Part shown: positions 25,523 to 34,555 of the stretch, piece by piece
Numbering within the stretch: position 1 is the first letter of the stretch
Layout: each line of letters begins with the position of its first letter
NCBI GenBank assembly: GCA_050250895.1
Contig: JBFWNU010000002.1
Location: 695,659-759,658, forward strand
DNA length: 64,000 nt
Source: Vulcanimicrobiota bacterium
Lineage (GTDB): Bacteria; Vulcanimicrobiota; Xenobia; Xenobiales; JADMJV01
Reading direction: 5' to 3'
The notes under the pieces: model-generated
Seen by the model: only the letters and a program-made list of their open reading frames with translations
Database searches by the model: none
What the model was told of the DNA's origin: nothing
Made by a program: the position numbers and the translations under genes

Positions 25523-27970
25523 ATGCACGCCAGTGGTCGACGATACTATGCGGGTTTGCGTCATGAGCTGGGCTTCCTGGCAGAGTCTGACAGCGCTAGG
25601 AGTTACCTCGCGGCGTGCGAATCAACGTCTGTGCCGCCAGGTCCGACCAGCCAGCTCAAAGTTGCCTCCATCCTGGTAGCGACGGTTACTTTGCTGGTCG
25701 CTCTGGCGGCGTCCAGCCAGCCATCATCCTGGTGGATTGCGCTCTCTCTGCTTTTCTTGGCAGTGATTTGCGAGTTGATGTCGGTAGGCTTGCGTCACTG
25801 TGGCCGGGTGAGCTTCATTTTCTCGTGTTGTCTGGTAGCCGCTCAGTCGCCCTCGGTCGGTCCGGGCTGGGCAGGGCTGATGACACTGCTCGCTTTATCC
25901 TCCCGGTTGGCGCCTTCCCATATCGATCTCGGCACCCGCGCGCTCGAGCTGGCTACGGAGGGTCTGCCCATTGCGTTGGCCCTCTGGGCGGGGTTGCTGG
26001 TCGACCCGGCCAGCCAGGCGCTCAAAGCCAGTGTGGTGGTGTATCTGGGCGCTCTTTGGTGGCTGGTCCCGTGGCTGCTCCCGGTCGAGTCCAATTACCG
26101 CGCCGCTCGTTCTACGAGTTTTCCCCTGGTGGCCCTCACGGTCCTGGCCAGCGCTTGCCTGGCTGGTCGTGATGACAGCCTGGTCTGGTTTGGGCTCATT
26201 CCGGTGCTGGCTAGTCTTAGCTGTGTTGGGTTGATGGAGAGCTATCGCGACCAGGAGCGGGCTTCGCTCTTTCTAGAGCGTCATTCCCGGGCCAACCAGC
26301 AACTTCAGACGGATCTTCATCTGGTTCAGGGTGAACTCGAGGAGCGGCTGGCCGAGCGCAGCTTGCTCGAGGAATTGGCTCACACCTTCGCGGCAACCCC
26401 CGATCTCGAGCATACGGTCCGGGCTTCTTTGGAGGTGTTTCGTCGGCTGGTCGAGGTGGACAGTCTAGTTCTCTTCTTCCCCCGCGAGGGACGGCTCCTA
26501 CCGGCTCGTTGGCTGTCGAATTCAGCCGAGCGCCTGGAATCGGCCGAGTTGCTTGATCTGGCCGAACCGGTGGTAGAGCGGGCCTGGCAGCAGCAGAAGC
26601 TGGTCCTGACCAGTCGCCAGGACCTTGACCGTCCCCGCCTGCTCGAAGCCGAGAGGATGGCGGTTGCGCTGCCCTTGAAGCAACTGGGCGTGCTCTATCT
26701 AGGTAAATCCGATCCTTCTCCCTTTGAACGCCGACAACTCTATCTCATCGCCCTGGTGGCCGAGCCGATGATCCCGGCCCTCGAGTCTGGTCTGCGCCAG
26801 CAAGAACTCAAGGTCATGATGGCAAAGCTAGCCCGGCAGAAAGACGAACTGGCGCGGGTTAGCTACTATCAACGGTTGATGCTCGGTGGGTTTACCGACA
26901 TGGCGGGTCAGCCAGGCTCAGCCCAACTGGTGACTCGTTTCCAGCGGTTACTGGCTGAACTTTGCCCTCATCATCAGGCGGGTCGCCTCGAGCTGGCTGA
27001 CGGAACCGTTCATGGCTGGCCCCAGTCGGCGCCGATGCGCGAGCCGGTCGAAATGGAGGGCCCGGGTCTGTCTCACTTTCCATCCAGTCAGTTGTATGCG
27101 CCCCTGACGGTGGAAGGCCGTCCGGCTGGAAAGATCTGGCTCTTCCATAGCGAGGCCGAGGCGTTTTCTCCGGCGGATCTGGCCATGGTCCAGACCGCCG
27201 GCTACTTCGCCACGGCCCAGTTGCATATCGCTGAGCTGCTAGACCGGCTGACCCAGGCCAATCAGGCACTCAAAGAGTCACAGGCCCAGCTGGTGCAGTC
27301 CAGCAAAATGGCGGCGGTGGGCCAGCTCGCTGCCGGTATCGCCCACGAGCTCAACTCTCCGCTGGCAGCCGTCAAGCTGGCCCTCGGCTTGATCTCGGAG
27401 CGAATCGACCAGGATCGTCCTGAAAAGGCTCAGAGCCAGGTCAAGATGGCCGAAGAGGCCGTCGATACCGCCCGCGAGATCATCAGCAACCTGCTGGTCT
27501 ATTCGCGCCCGTCGGCTCCGACCATGGCGCCGGTCAACCCGCACCAGGTGGTGGAACGCACTCTGCGGATCGTCGAAGCTCCCCTTCGCAAGCGAGGCCT
27601 CGAACTCGGTTGCCAGCTCGAGCCGGTGCCTCAAATCCGAGGACGTGAGTCAGACCTGCGTCAGGTCTTGACCAATCTGCTCTTGAACGCTTGCGATGCC
27701 GCCGCCGAGCAGACCAGGCCACAAGTTCAGGTGGCCGTGCGCGCCCAGGGGGATCGGGTTCTTTTTGAAGTCAGCGACAACGGGCCCGGCGTGGCCGACG
27801 AGGTGGCCGACCGGCTGTTCGAGCCGTTCTTTACCACCAAAGCAGTGGGTGCCGGGACCGGGCTGGGCTTGTCGGTGGCTTATCAAATCGTCAAGGAGCA
27901 TCAAGGCAAACTGAGCTTTCACCGAGAGAACGGCCTGACAGTCTTCCGAGTGGACGTCCCCCGCCTGTGA
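25523..27970 (+). CDS. Multi-TM, GAF-containing sensor histidine kinase
   Basis: Several N-terminal TMs and GAF-like segments; AHELNSPL, NLLLNACDA, DNGPG, FEPFFTTK and GTGLGL motifs. Confidence 0.92.
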   Translation: MHASGRRYYAGLRHELGFLAESDSARSYLAACESTSVPPGPTSQLKVASILVATVTLLVALAASSQPSSWWIALSLLFLAVICELMSVGLRHCGRVSFIFSCCLVAAQSPSVGPGWAGLMTLLALSSRLAPSHIDLGTRALELATEGLPIALALWAGLLVDPASQALKASVVVYLGALWWLVPWLLPVESNYRAARSTSFPLVALTVLASACLAGRDDSLVWFGLIPVLASLSCVGLMESYRDQERASLFLERHSRANQQLQTDLHLVQGELEERLAERSLLEELAHTFAATPDLEHTVRASLEVFRRLVEVDSLVLFFPREGRLLPARWLSNSAERLESAELLDLAEPVVERAWQQQKLVLTSRQDLDRPRLLEAERMAVALPLKQLGVLYLGKSDPSPFERRQLYLIALVAEPMIPALESGLRQQELKVMMAKLARQKDELARVSYYQRLMLGGFTDMAGQPGSAQLVTRFQRLLAELCPHHQAGRLELADGTVHGWPQSAPMREPVEMEGPGLSHFPSSQLYAPLTVEGRPAGKIWLFHSEAEAFSPADLAMVQTAGYFATAQLHIAELLDRLTQANQALKESQAQLVQSSKMAAVGQLAAGIAHELNSPLAAVKLALGLISERIDQDRPEKAQSQVKMAEEAVDTAREIISNLLVYSRPSAPTMAPVNPHQVVERTLRIVEAPLRKRGLELGCQLEPVPQIRGRESDLRQVLTNLLLNACDAAAEQTRPQVQVAVRAQGDRVLFEVSDNGPGVADEVADRLFEPFFTTKAVGAGTGLGLSVAYQIVKEHQGKLSFHRENGLTVFRVDVPRL

Positions 27971-29031
27971 GCCAGCCCGGTGCCAAAGCTCGCTGTCGTC
28001 CCGAAAGTCTGGTCGGATTCGCCAGAAACATGAGCGTTTTGCTGGGCTGCGGCATAGGCGTGCCCACCGCCCTCGAAGTCCTGGCCTCAAACCCTGACGA
28101 TCCAGCTCTGGGGGGCGCCCTCGAGCAGTTGGCCTCCAAGATCAGCCAGGGACACTCGCTCTCGGCGGCCATGCGGGATTTCCCCGGTATCTTCTCCGAC
28201 CTGCACCTGGGCCTGGTGGTGGCTGGTGAGCATTCAGGCCTGTTGGCCGAGTCCTTCCAGCAAGTGGCCGCCTGGACCGACCTCGATCTGCAGACGCGCC
28301 ACCGTCTCAGGGCCGTGCTGACCTATCCCGCCATCGTGGTGGCCGTGACCCTGGCCCTCACGTTCTTACTGTTTCGAGTCTTCATTCCTCAGATTCTCGG
28401 AGCCCTTCCGCCCGGGCTCGACCCGCCGGCGCTGACTCGCCTGTTGATGCTGATGACGAATATGACTCGCAATCCTGGTGTTTGGATTGTCGCGCTGGGC
28501 GCCTCCGGTCTGGTTTATTCCATCTTGCAAGAGCTGCGCCAGACACCGCACGGGGCCCGGGGACTGGCTCGACTGGGCCGTCGGATGCCGGTGGTCGGCC
28601 GCCTGATGATCGCCCTGGCCAGTACCCGCTACAGCCAGGCCATGAGCACCTTGTTGAGTCAGGGTCTGGCTGTGTTGACAGCCCTGCGATTGGCCGGTCG
28701 CGCCTGCGGTGACGCGCTCATTGCCTGGGACTGCGAGCGTTTGATTGCAAGTCTTCAGGAGGGGGAGACTCTAGCCGAGAGCATGGAGTCGCAACCCGAG
28801 GTCTACCCGCCGCTCCTCACCAGCCTGGTAGCCGTGGGTGAAGAGACCGGCAAGATGGTGGCGCTCTATCAACGCGCCTCAGAGATTTTCAGCCTGGAAT
28901 CCGAGCACTTGCTCGAGTCGTTGAGTGCCGCCCTCGAGCCAGTCGTGATGGGATTCGTGGCTTTGCTGGTCGGCTTCGTGGTCCTGGCCGTGTTTAGTTC
29001 TGTCTATGCTCAACTCAACAGTCTAGGTTGA
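27967..29031 (+). CDS. PilC/GspF-family inner-membrane platform protein
   Basis: Two T2SSF repeats (GHSLSAAM...AGEHSG; GETLAESM...VGEETG), LTYP and LEPV; GTGA overlap with the kinase stop. Confidence 0.9.
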   Translation: MSQPGAKARCRPESLVGFARNMSVLLGCGIGVPTALEVLASNPDDPALGGALEQLASKISQGHSLSAAMRDFPGIFSDLHLGLVVAGEHSGLLAESFQQVAAWTDLDLQTRHRLRAVLTYPAIVVAVTLALTFLLFRVFIPQILGALPPGLDPPALTRLLMLMTNMTRNPGVWIVALGASGLVYSILQELRQTPHGARGLARLGRRMPVVGRLMIALASTRYSQAMSTLLSQGLAVLTALRLAGRACGDALIAWDCERLIASLQEGETLAESMESQPEVYPPLLTSLVAVGEETGKMVALYQRASEIFSLESEHLLESLSAALEPVVMGFVALLVGFVVLAVFSSVYAQLNSLG

Positions 29032-29042
29032 GGAGGGTAAAA

Positions 29043-31034
29043 ATGGTGACAAGCGCGAGGTCAGCGCTGTTCGGTCGCGAAATTGGTGCAATGGACAAGC
29101 GCGGAGCCACCATACTCGAGGTCCTGACCGTGGTCGGCATTCTCGGCGTTTTGCTGGTGAGTCTGACCTTCGGGCTCAATCGCTCGCGCAGTATGGAGAG
29201 CGTTCAGGCCGCCGAGTTGGTGGCCGAAGAATTGCGGGCCCTGCGGGCCAAGGCTCAGAGCGAGGGCATGCCCACCGGGCTGGTGATTCCCCTGACGCCG
29301 GAAGGCTACGCTACCGGCTACTACCTGGTGGAAGGCTACGGGCCCCCTCGGGTGGTTCGAATCCGGCCCTGGGACGGCGACTTCTCCCACGTCTACATGA
29401 TGGCCGGAGGCTGGTCCGGGGCTGCGGGGATGCTGCCGCCGGCCAATGGAGTCGAACTGGATCTGACGACCTGGACCTTGCCGGTGGCCGGGGACTACGT
29501 GCTTGCCTTCGAGCCCTCCGGACGCCTGACGACGAACGTGCCCGGTTGGTTGGGCCAGACCTGTTTGCTTTTTGCCACCAACGTGACCATCGGCGGGGGA
29601 GGACCCTCGGCCGCTCGGGGACTGGTATCTGTTTGCGTGAGCCCCGATGGTCTGGTCTCGGTCCAGAACGGGCTGCCTGATGGAAGCGCCCTGCCCAGCT
29701 TGGACAGCGATGGCAGCCGAGCCTCCAACCGCGTCCTGCCGACGGTGACGCCGCCACCCAGCGGCAGCCCGCCGGCCATCGACCAGATGGTGAACTATCC
29801 CAAGCGGTCCCCGAGTTTACCCACCGACATCGAGGCCTCGGTCCAGGTGGGCCAGTACCTGCGCCTCGAGGTGCAGGCCTCGGACCCGGATGGGGGACCT
29901 CTGACCATCCGCTGGCAGGCCACCCGCCTTAATGGTCAGCCGGATACCGGGCAGTTTTCAGGCGCGGCGGCCGAGAAAATGCGCTGGTCGGGTGGAGCCT
30001 GGCGTTCCGTCTGCGAATGGACTCCGCCTTCGGATAGCTCCTCGGCTACGCCCGAAGAGTTCGTTTTGGAGTGTACTGTAGAGGACCCGGAAGGAAACCA
30101 GGTCCAGGGCCGACTGGGCACCAGCGCCGGAAAGGTCTGGGCGCTGCGGGACGGACTGGTGCTGTGGGATACTCAAAGGTTCGGCGGGCGCGTGATCATG
30201 GCCGCCAACAGCGACGGCAGCGACCCCCATCGCTTGACTCCTCCGGGCGTCAACGCCGCCTATCCCAAAGCCTCGCCGTTCGGTGACTGCATTGCCTTCA
30301 CTTCCTGGTCAGCCGGGTTGTTCGTAATGAACCGGGACGGGACGGATATTCGGCTGGTGACCCTGCCACCCCCTGGACCCAAGACGGATATCTTCAATCT
30401 CTGCTGGAGCCCGGACGGCACCAAACTGGCCTTTAGTGTGCGCGAATACAACCCCTCCCCGATGGCGTCGGTGCTCGAGGATCTCTATGTGGTCGGGGTG
30501 GACGGCTCGGGCCTGAGGTTGGTGGCCCAGGACCTTCCGGTGACTTACAATCAGGGCACCCCGATGGGCTGGGGCTTTACGGGCACGAATTACGTCAGCA
30601 CCGACTGGTCCAGCCAGTATCTGCTGTACAGTCAGGACGCTATGGGTCCCGGTCTCAAGCAGACCTTGCGGTTTGCGCTGGACCCGATCCTGACTCCGGC
30701 TCCTTCGGTCCCCTACACCAATGGGGGCAGTCCTGTTTGGGACCTTCAGTTCTCGATTGACTGTCGCAAGGCGGTGGGTATCGAGGGGTTTCAGCTTTGC
30801 ACCTACGATATCGACCCCTTGACCGGGGACCTGGCCAACCCCAATCCGACCTCGGTCGACGGTTACCATCCTGCTTTCTCCTATGATGGCTCTCGCGTCA
30901 CCTACACGCATTGGACCGGCAGCGGGGGGGAGCTGTGGGTGATGGACACATCGGGGGGCAATCAGCAGCCCATCAGCCAATCGGGCTGGGACCAGGGGGG
31001 CAACTGGTTGGTCGGCGGAGGCCTGATTGAGTAG
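29043..31034 (+). CDS. Large GspH/FimT-like prepilin with Ig-like domain and TolB/PD40 propeller
   Basis: KRG|ATILE class III signal; ASDPDGGPLTIRW Ig-like segment; SPFG, WSPDGTKLAF and FSYDGSRV repeats. AGGAGG precedes ATG 29043; ATG 29091 is an alternative start. Confidence 0.82.
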   Translation: MVTSARSALFGREIGAMDKRGATILEVLTVVGILGVLLVSLTFGLNRSRSMESVQAAELVAEELRALRAKAQSEGMPTGLVIPLTPEGYATGYYLVEGYGPPRVVRIRPWDGDFSHVYMMAGGWSGAAGMLPPANGVELDLTTWTLPVAGDYVLAFEPSGRLTTNVPGWLGQTCLLFATNVTIGGGGPSAARGLVSVCVSPDGLVSVQNGLPDGSALPSLDSDGSRASNRVLPTVTPPPSGSPPAIDQMVNYPKRSPSLPTDIEASVQVGQYLRLEVQASDPDGGPLTIRWQATRLNGQPDTGQFSGAAAEKMRWSGGAWRSVCEWTPPSDSSSATPEEFVLECTVEDPEGNQVQGRLGTSAGKVWALRDGLVLWDTQRFGGRVIMAANSDGSDPHRLTPPGVNAAYPKASPFGDCIAFTSWSAGLFVMNRDGTDIRLVTLPPPGPKTDIFNLCWSPDGTKLAFSVREYNPSPMASVLEDLYVVGVDGSGLRLVAQDLPVTYNQGTPMGWGFTGTNYVSTDWSSQYLLYSQDAMGPGLKQTLRFALDPILTPAPSVPYTNGGSPVWDLQFSIDCRKAVGIEGFQLCTYDIDPLTGDLANPNPTSVDGYHPAFSYDGSRVTYTHWTGSGGELWVMDTSGGNQQPISQSGWDQGGNWLVGGGLIE

Positions 31035-31815
31035 ACGGGGGATTCTCTTGCTGGAGGCGGTTCTGGCCATCTTCGTCGTTCTGATCGGGGTCGTTCTGGT
31101 GGCCTCGATGCTGCAGCAGAATGCCCGTCAGAGCGGGCTCCAGGGGCAGGGTCACGAGCAGATCGCCCTGGGTGAACAAGTGATGGCCGAGATTCGCGAT
31201 TGGGCCAACGACCCCAATAACTTTCGGGCCGGCTGGGCCGTCTGGAACGGACGCACGGTCACCCACGCGAGCAACAGTTCGGTCGCAGCCAACGTGGTCT
31301 GCGACCCGGCCGGAGTGGACCTGTCCAGTCCCAGCAGCGAACTCGAGGCCAACTGGCCGGGAAGAGAACGGGTTCTTGCGCGCGCGGTGGTGCCGGTGGA
31401 GGTGACCGTGCAAGCACCCCCTCTACGCCCGCTGCGCCTGTTATCTTACATCCCCGAACCCCCCAGCCCGCTCGACTCGGCCGCTCGCGTGACCGTAACC
31501 GTGGCCGGGGCGACGCCAGTCCCTCAGGCCGCCCAGGTCACTCTCGCCGCCAGCCTGACCGACGCCGGCGGGAACACCATCGACAACCTCAGCTACCAAT
31601 GGTTTTTACAGCCCGAGACCGGCAACGCCAGTCTGATGTTGTCGACGGCCCCGCGCCGGGGCCAGACCATGGACCTGCTGCACGAGTTGCGCACTCCGGG
31701 GATCGGCGTGACCGGTTATGCCCCTGGCACGGTCCGTATCAGGGCCAGAGCACGCTACTTCGGGCAGATCGTCGAAAACGGCGAGCCCCCAGAACCGGTC
31801 GTGAACCTGCAGTGA
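31027..31815 (+). CDS. GspI/PilV-like minor pilin with C-terminal Ig-like extension
   Basis: RRG|ILLLE followed by a hydrophobic helix; overlaps the upstream gene. Confidence 0.78.
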   Translation: MSRRGILLLEAVLAIFVVLIGVVLVASMLQQNARQSGLQGQGHEQIALGEQVMAEIRDWANDPNNFRAGWAVWNGRTVTHASNSSVAANVVCDPAGVDLSSPSSELEANWPGRERVLARAVVPVEVTVQAPPLRPLRLLSYIPEPPSPLDSAARVTVTVAGATPVPQAAQVTLAASLTDAGGNTIDNLSYQWFLQPETGNASLMLSTAPRRGQTMDLLHELRTPGIGVTGYAPGTVRIRARARYFGQIVENGEPPEPVVNLQ

Positions 31816-32324
31816 AGCGCGGATTTACCATGCTCGAGCTGCTGGCGACCCTTTTGCTGTTGGGGGTGGCCTTCGTGGCGGCCGCAGACCTGGCCCGCGA
31901 TCTGGCTTCGTTTCACCGCCTCGAGAGCGACGAAACGCGTCGCACCGTGGCCGCTCGCCAGGTTTTGGACTATCTGGCCGGCGAGGCCTCGCGGGCGGTC
32001 CGGGTCACGCCGGGGTCTACCCTGAGTCTGGAGCAGGTCGACACCAGCACCCCCCTCTATCCCGCTTTACCCTTGCCACCCTCGCCCTCGCTGCCGGCAG
32101 GTTGGCAGCCCGATCAACCCCGCTTAACCATCGACTTTCGTCTGGTCGGCCCGGATCTGGTCCGGGAACAGGGCGGGCAGAGCCTCGTGCTCTTGCGCGA
32201 AGTGACCGGCTTTTCTGCCACCGTCAACGGGCGGGTGTTGACCCTTTCTCTATCCTGGTCCCGGCGAGGGCAACTGCAAAGTCTGGCCCGGGTGGTCTAT
32301 CTTCCCGTCAGGAGCAGCCCGTGA
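31812..32324 (+). CDS. GspJ/PilW-like minor pilin
   Basis: GTG 31812 (GTGA overlap) gives KRG|FTMLELL. Confidence 0.82.
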   Translation: MKRGFTMLELLATLLLLGVAFVAAADLARDLASFHRLESDETRRTVAARQVLDYLAGEASRAVRVTPGSTLSLEQVDTSTPLYPALPLPPSPSLPAGWQPDQPRLTIDFRLVGPDLVREQGGQSLVLLREVTGFSATVNGRVLTLSLSWSRRGQLQSLARVVYLPVRSSP

Positions 32325-32794
32325 GGCGAGGGTCGCTGTTGGTCGGCGCGCTTCTGTTGGTGGCCTTGCTATTGTTGCTGGTCTTGGCCTCGCTAAGTCG
32401 GCGGGAGGCGCGCGGTAAAGCCCTGGCAGAATTGCGGGCGCGGGCCGAGGCACGCCAGTTGGCGGAGGCCGGCATGGCCGATGTGCTGGCCAAGCTCAAT
32501 CTCGACATCCACTTTCCACCCCCCGTGCTGGCTGAGGACCAGTTGTTCAGCTACACCGAGGCGGTCCGCGGTTTCGACGGCGGGATCCGTGGCTACTACA
32601 CGGTAACCATCGATGGCCGCTATCTCGAGCCCTACCAAATCTTGCGAATCCGCTCGGTGGGGCGATTGGGCCCCGAGCGGGCCCGTTCGGTGGCCGAGGC
32701 TCAGCTTTCTGGCGACTTTGATCTGGCTCCCGAGATTCGGGGCACGACCAACCCGAACCCGTTCTTCTATCAGTTCCGCACCTGGACGCCTTAG
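32321..32794 (+). CDS. GspK/PilX-like minor pilin
   Basis: GTG 32321 gives RRG|SLLVG with no Glu5; ARQLAEAG and IRSVGRLG motifs. Confidence 0.78.
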   Translation: MRRGSLLVGALLLVALLLLLVLASLSRREARGKALAELRARAEARQLAEAGMADVLAKLNLDIHFPPPVLAEDQLFSYTEAVRGFDGGIRGYYTVTIDGRYLEPYQILRIRSVGRLGPERARSVAEAQLSGDFDLAPEIRGTTNPNPFFYQFRTWTP

Positions 32795-32797
32795 AAC

Positions 32798-32953
32798 TCA
32801 GCAGGGTGAGCCAGGCTCGAGCAGAAGATTCTCCTCGTGCAGGGTGATGGTATCGACAGCCTCGACGGCCTTCAGTTGCCCCTGTTCGAGGTCGAAGACC
32901 TCGACCGCAAGCGGTCCTGGCCCCATCTGATTGGTGAATGGGTCCAGGGTCAT
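32798..32953 (-). CDS. Possible 51-aa protein or gene remnant
   Basis: MTLDPFTNQMGPGPLAVEVFDLEQGQLKAVEAVDTITLHEENLLLEPGSPC*, with host-like codons. Confidence 0.3.
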   Translation of the reverse strand: MTLDPFTNQMGPGPLAVEVFDLEQGQLKAVEAVDTITLHEENLLLEPGSPC

Positions 32954-33017
32954 CTGCCGTTTCTTGCTCCCGCCCCCGACGACGGCCCGGCCAGCTGACT
33001 TAGCAGGCGCTCTGGGA

Positions 33018-33053
33018 TTTACGTAGAAGGGGAGATTGTGATAAAATTCACAA
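33018..33053 (+). promoter_or_regulatory. nuo promoter with overlapping Rex/CRP-like operator
   Basis: TTTACG-N18-TAAAAT; palindrome TTGTGATAAAATTCACAA at 33036-33053 contains the -10. Confidence 0.75.
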
Positions 33054-33091
33054 GCGTCTCAACTCCTTATAGAAACTGAGTTTTGTAACAT

Positions 33092-33478
33092 TTGGACGGA
33101 TTAGTCGGATACACTCACATCGGGGTGATGCTGCTGGTGGCAGCTACCATTGCCGGGACCATCCTGGGAATTTCCTTTGTGGTGGGCCCGCGCAATCCAA
33201 ATCCACGCAAGTCTCAGCCTTATGAGTGCGGCATCGAAGAGATCGTCCCGATGCCCAAGCGCGTGTCGGTGAAGTTCCTTCAGGTGGCCATGTTGTTCTT
33301 GATCTTCGATGTGGAAGCGGTGGCCTTCTATCCGCTGGCCACCATCCTGAAGACTCAGGCTCAGAACGACCAGATAGCGGCCGCTTTCTTGTTGGCCGAA
33401 ATGCTGGTGTTCGTCGTTCTGTTGGTGGTTGGTTACCTTTACGTTTGGAAGAAAGGGGCTTTCAAGTGGACAAGTTAA
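33092..33478 (+). CDS. nuoA: NADH-quinone oxidoreductase subunit A
   Basis: PYECG, FLIFDVE and [10 protein letters not shown] motifs. Confidence 0.95.
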   Translation: MDGLVGYTHIGVMLLVAATIAGTILGISFVVGPRNPNPRKSQPYECGIEEIVPMPKRVSVKFLQVAMLFLIFDVEAVAFYPLATILKTQAQNDQIAAAFLLAEMLVFVVLLVVGYLYVWKKGAFKWTS

Positions 33479-34083
33479 AGCCCGAGCAGAAAATCATCTA
33501 CGCCTCCGACTCTCTCTTTGCCGCTCAGGGCCAGAGTTCGGGTTTTGGCGTGATTACCACCAAATTGGCCGAGCTGTTAAGATGGCCCGCCCGGCAGGCT
33601 CGTAAGAACTCGGTCTGGCCGGCTTTGTTTGGTCTGGCCTGCTGTGCTATCGAGATGATGGCCACCAGCGGCTCGCGCTTTGACCTGGCTCGTTTTGGGG
33701 CCGAGGTCTTCCGCGCCTCACCGCGCCAGAGCGACCTGATGATCGTGGCTGGCCGGGTCTCGATCAAGATGGCTCCGGTGCTGCGTCAGATCTACGATCA
33801 GATGCCTGACCCCAAGTGGGTCATCTCGATGGGCGCTTGCGCCTCGTGTGGCGGCGTGTTCAACAACTACGCCATCGTGCAGGGCGTGGACAAGATCGTG
33901 CCGGTCGACGTTTACGTGGCCGGCTGCCCGCCCACTCCCGAAGCGCTCTTGACCGGATTCACCATGCTCCAAGAGAAGATCGAGGCCGGCATTCCACCCG
34001 GTATCAGCCCGGTCGTGGCCGCCGCCGAGAACCCCAAGCTGGTGCGCCTGGAAATGGCCCGGAGGGCTCCCTACGTTGAGTAA
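33466..34083 (+). CDS. nuoB: NADH-quinone oxidoreductase subunit B
   Basis: [18 protein letters not shown] and GCPPTPE motifs; start GTG 33466. Confidence 0.95.
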   Translation: MDKLKPEQKIIYASDSLFAAQGQSSGFGVITTKLAELLRWPARQARKNSVWPALFGLACCAIEMMATSGSRFDLARFGAEVFRASPRQSDLMIVAGRVSIKMAPVLRQIYDQMPDPKWVISMGACASCGGVFNNYAIVQGVDKIVPVDVYVAGCPPTPEALLTGFTMLQEKIEAGIPPGISPVVAAAENPKLVRLEMARRAPYVE

Positions 34084-34555
34084 CCTCGACTTTGCCAGGG
34101 TCACTGTCGGAAAACTAAAAGAGAGACTGCACGAGCAGTTTCTCGGTCTTCGTGAGGACCGGGGCGAGCTGACCGTGTGGGTCGATCGCTCTCGCTGGGT
34201 CGAAGCCGCCACCTTTTTGCGCGACGAAGGCTTCAACCATCTCAGCGACCTGACCGCCATCGATTATCTCGACCGCGAGCCACGCTTTGACCTGTCGGCC
34301 ATCTTGATGTGTCCCGCTTTTGCCGAGGATATCCGTGTCAAGACGCTGGTTGACGAGGAGCCGTGTGTGGCCCCCAGCCTGGTCGAGGTATGGAGCGGAG
34401 CCAACTGGTTCGAACGAGAGATCTACGACCTCTTTGGCATCCGCTTCGAAGGGCACCCCGACCTCAAACGCATTCTGCTGCCGGGCGACTACCATGGCCA
34501 CCCCCTGCGAAAGGATTATCCGGTGACCGGTCCGGCCACCTCGGTATATCGCTAA
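34076..34555 (+). CDS. nuoC: NADH-quinone oxidoreductase subunit C
   Basis: [13 protein letters not shown] and GHPLRKDYP motifs. Confidence 0.95.
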   Translation: MSNLDFARVTVGKLKERLHEQFLGLREDRGELTVWVDRSRWVEAATFLRDEGFNHLSDLTAIDYLDREPRFDLSAILMCPAFAEDIRVKTLVDEEPCVAPSLVEVWSGANWFEREIYDLFGIRFEGHPDLKRILLPGDYHGHPLRKDYPVTGPATSVYR

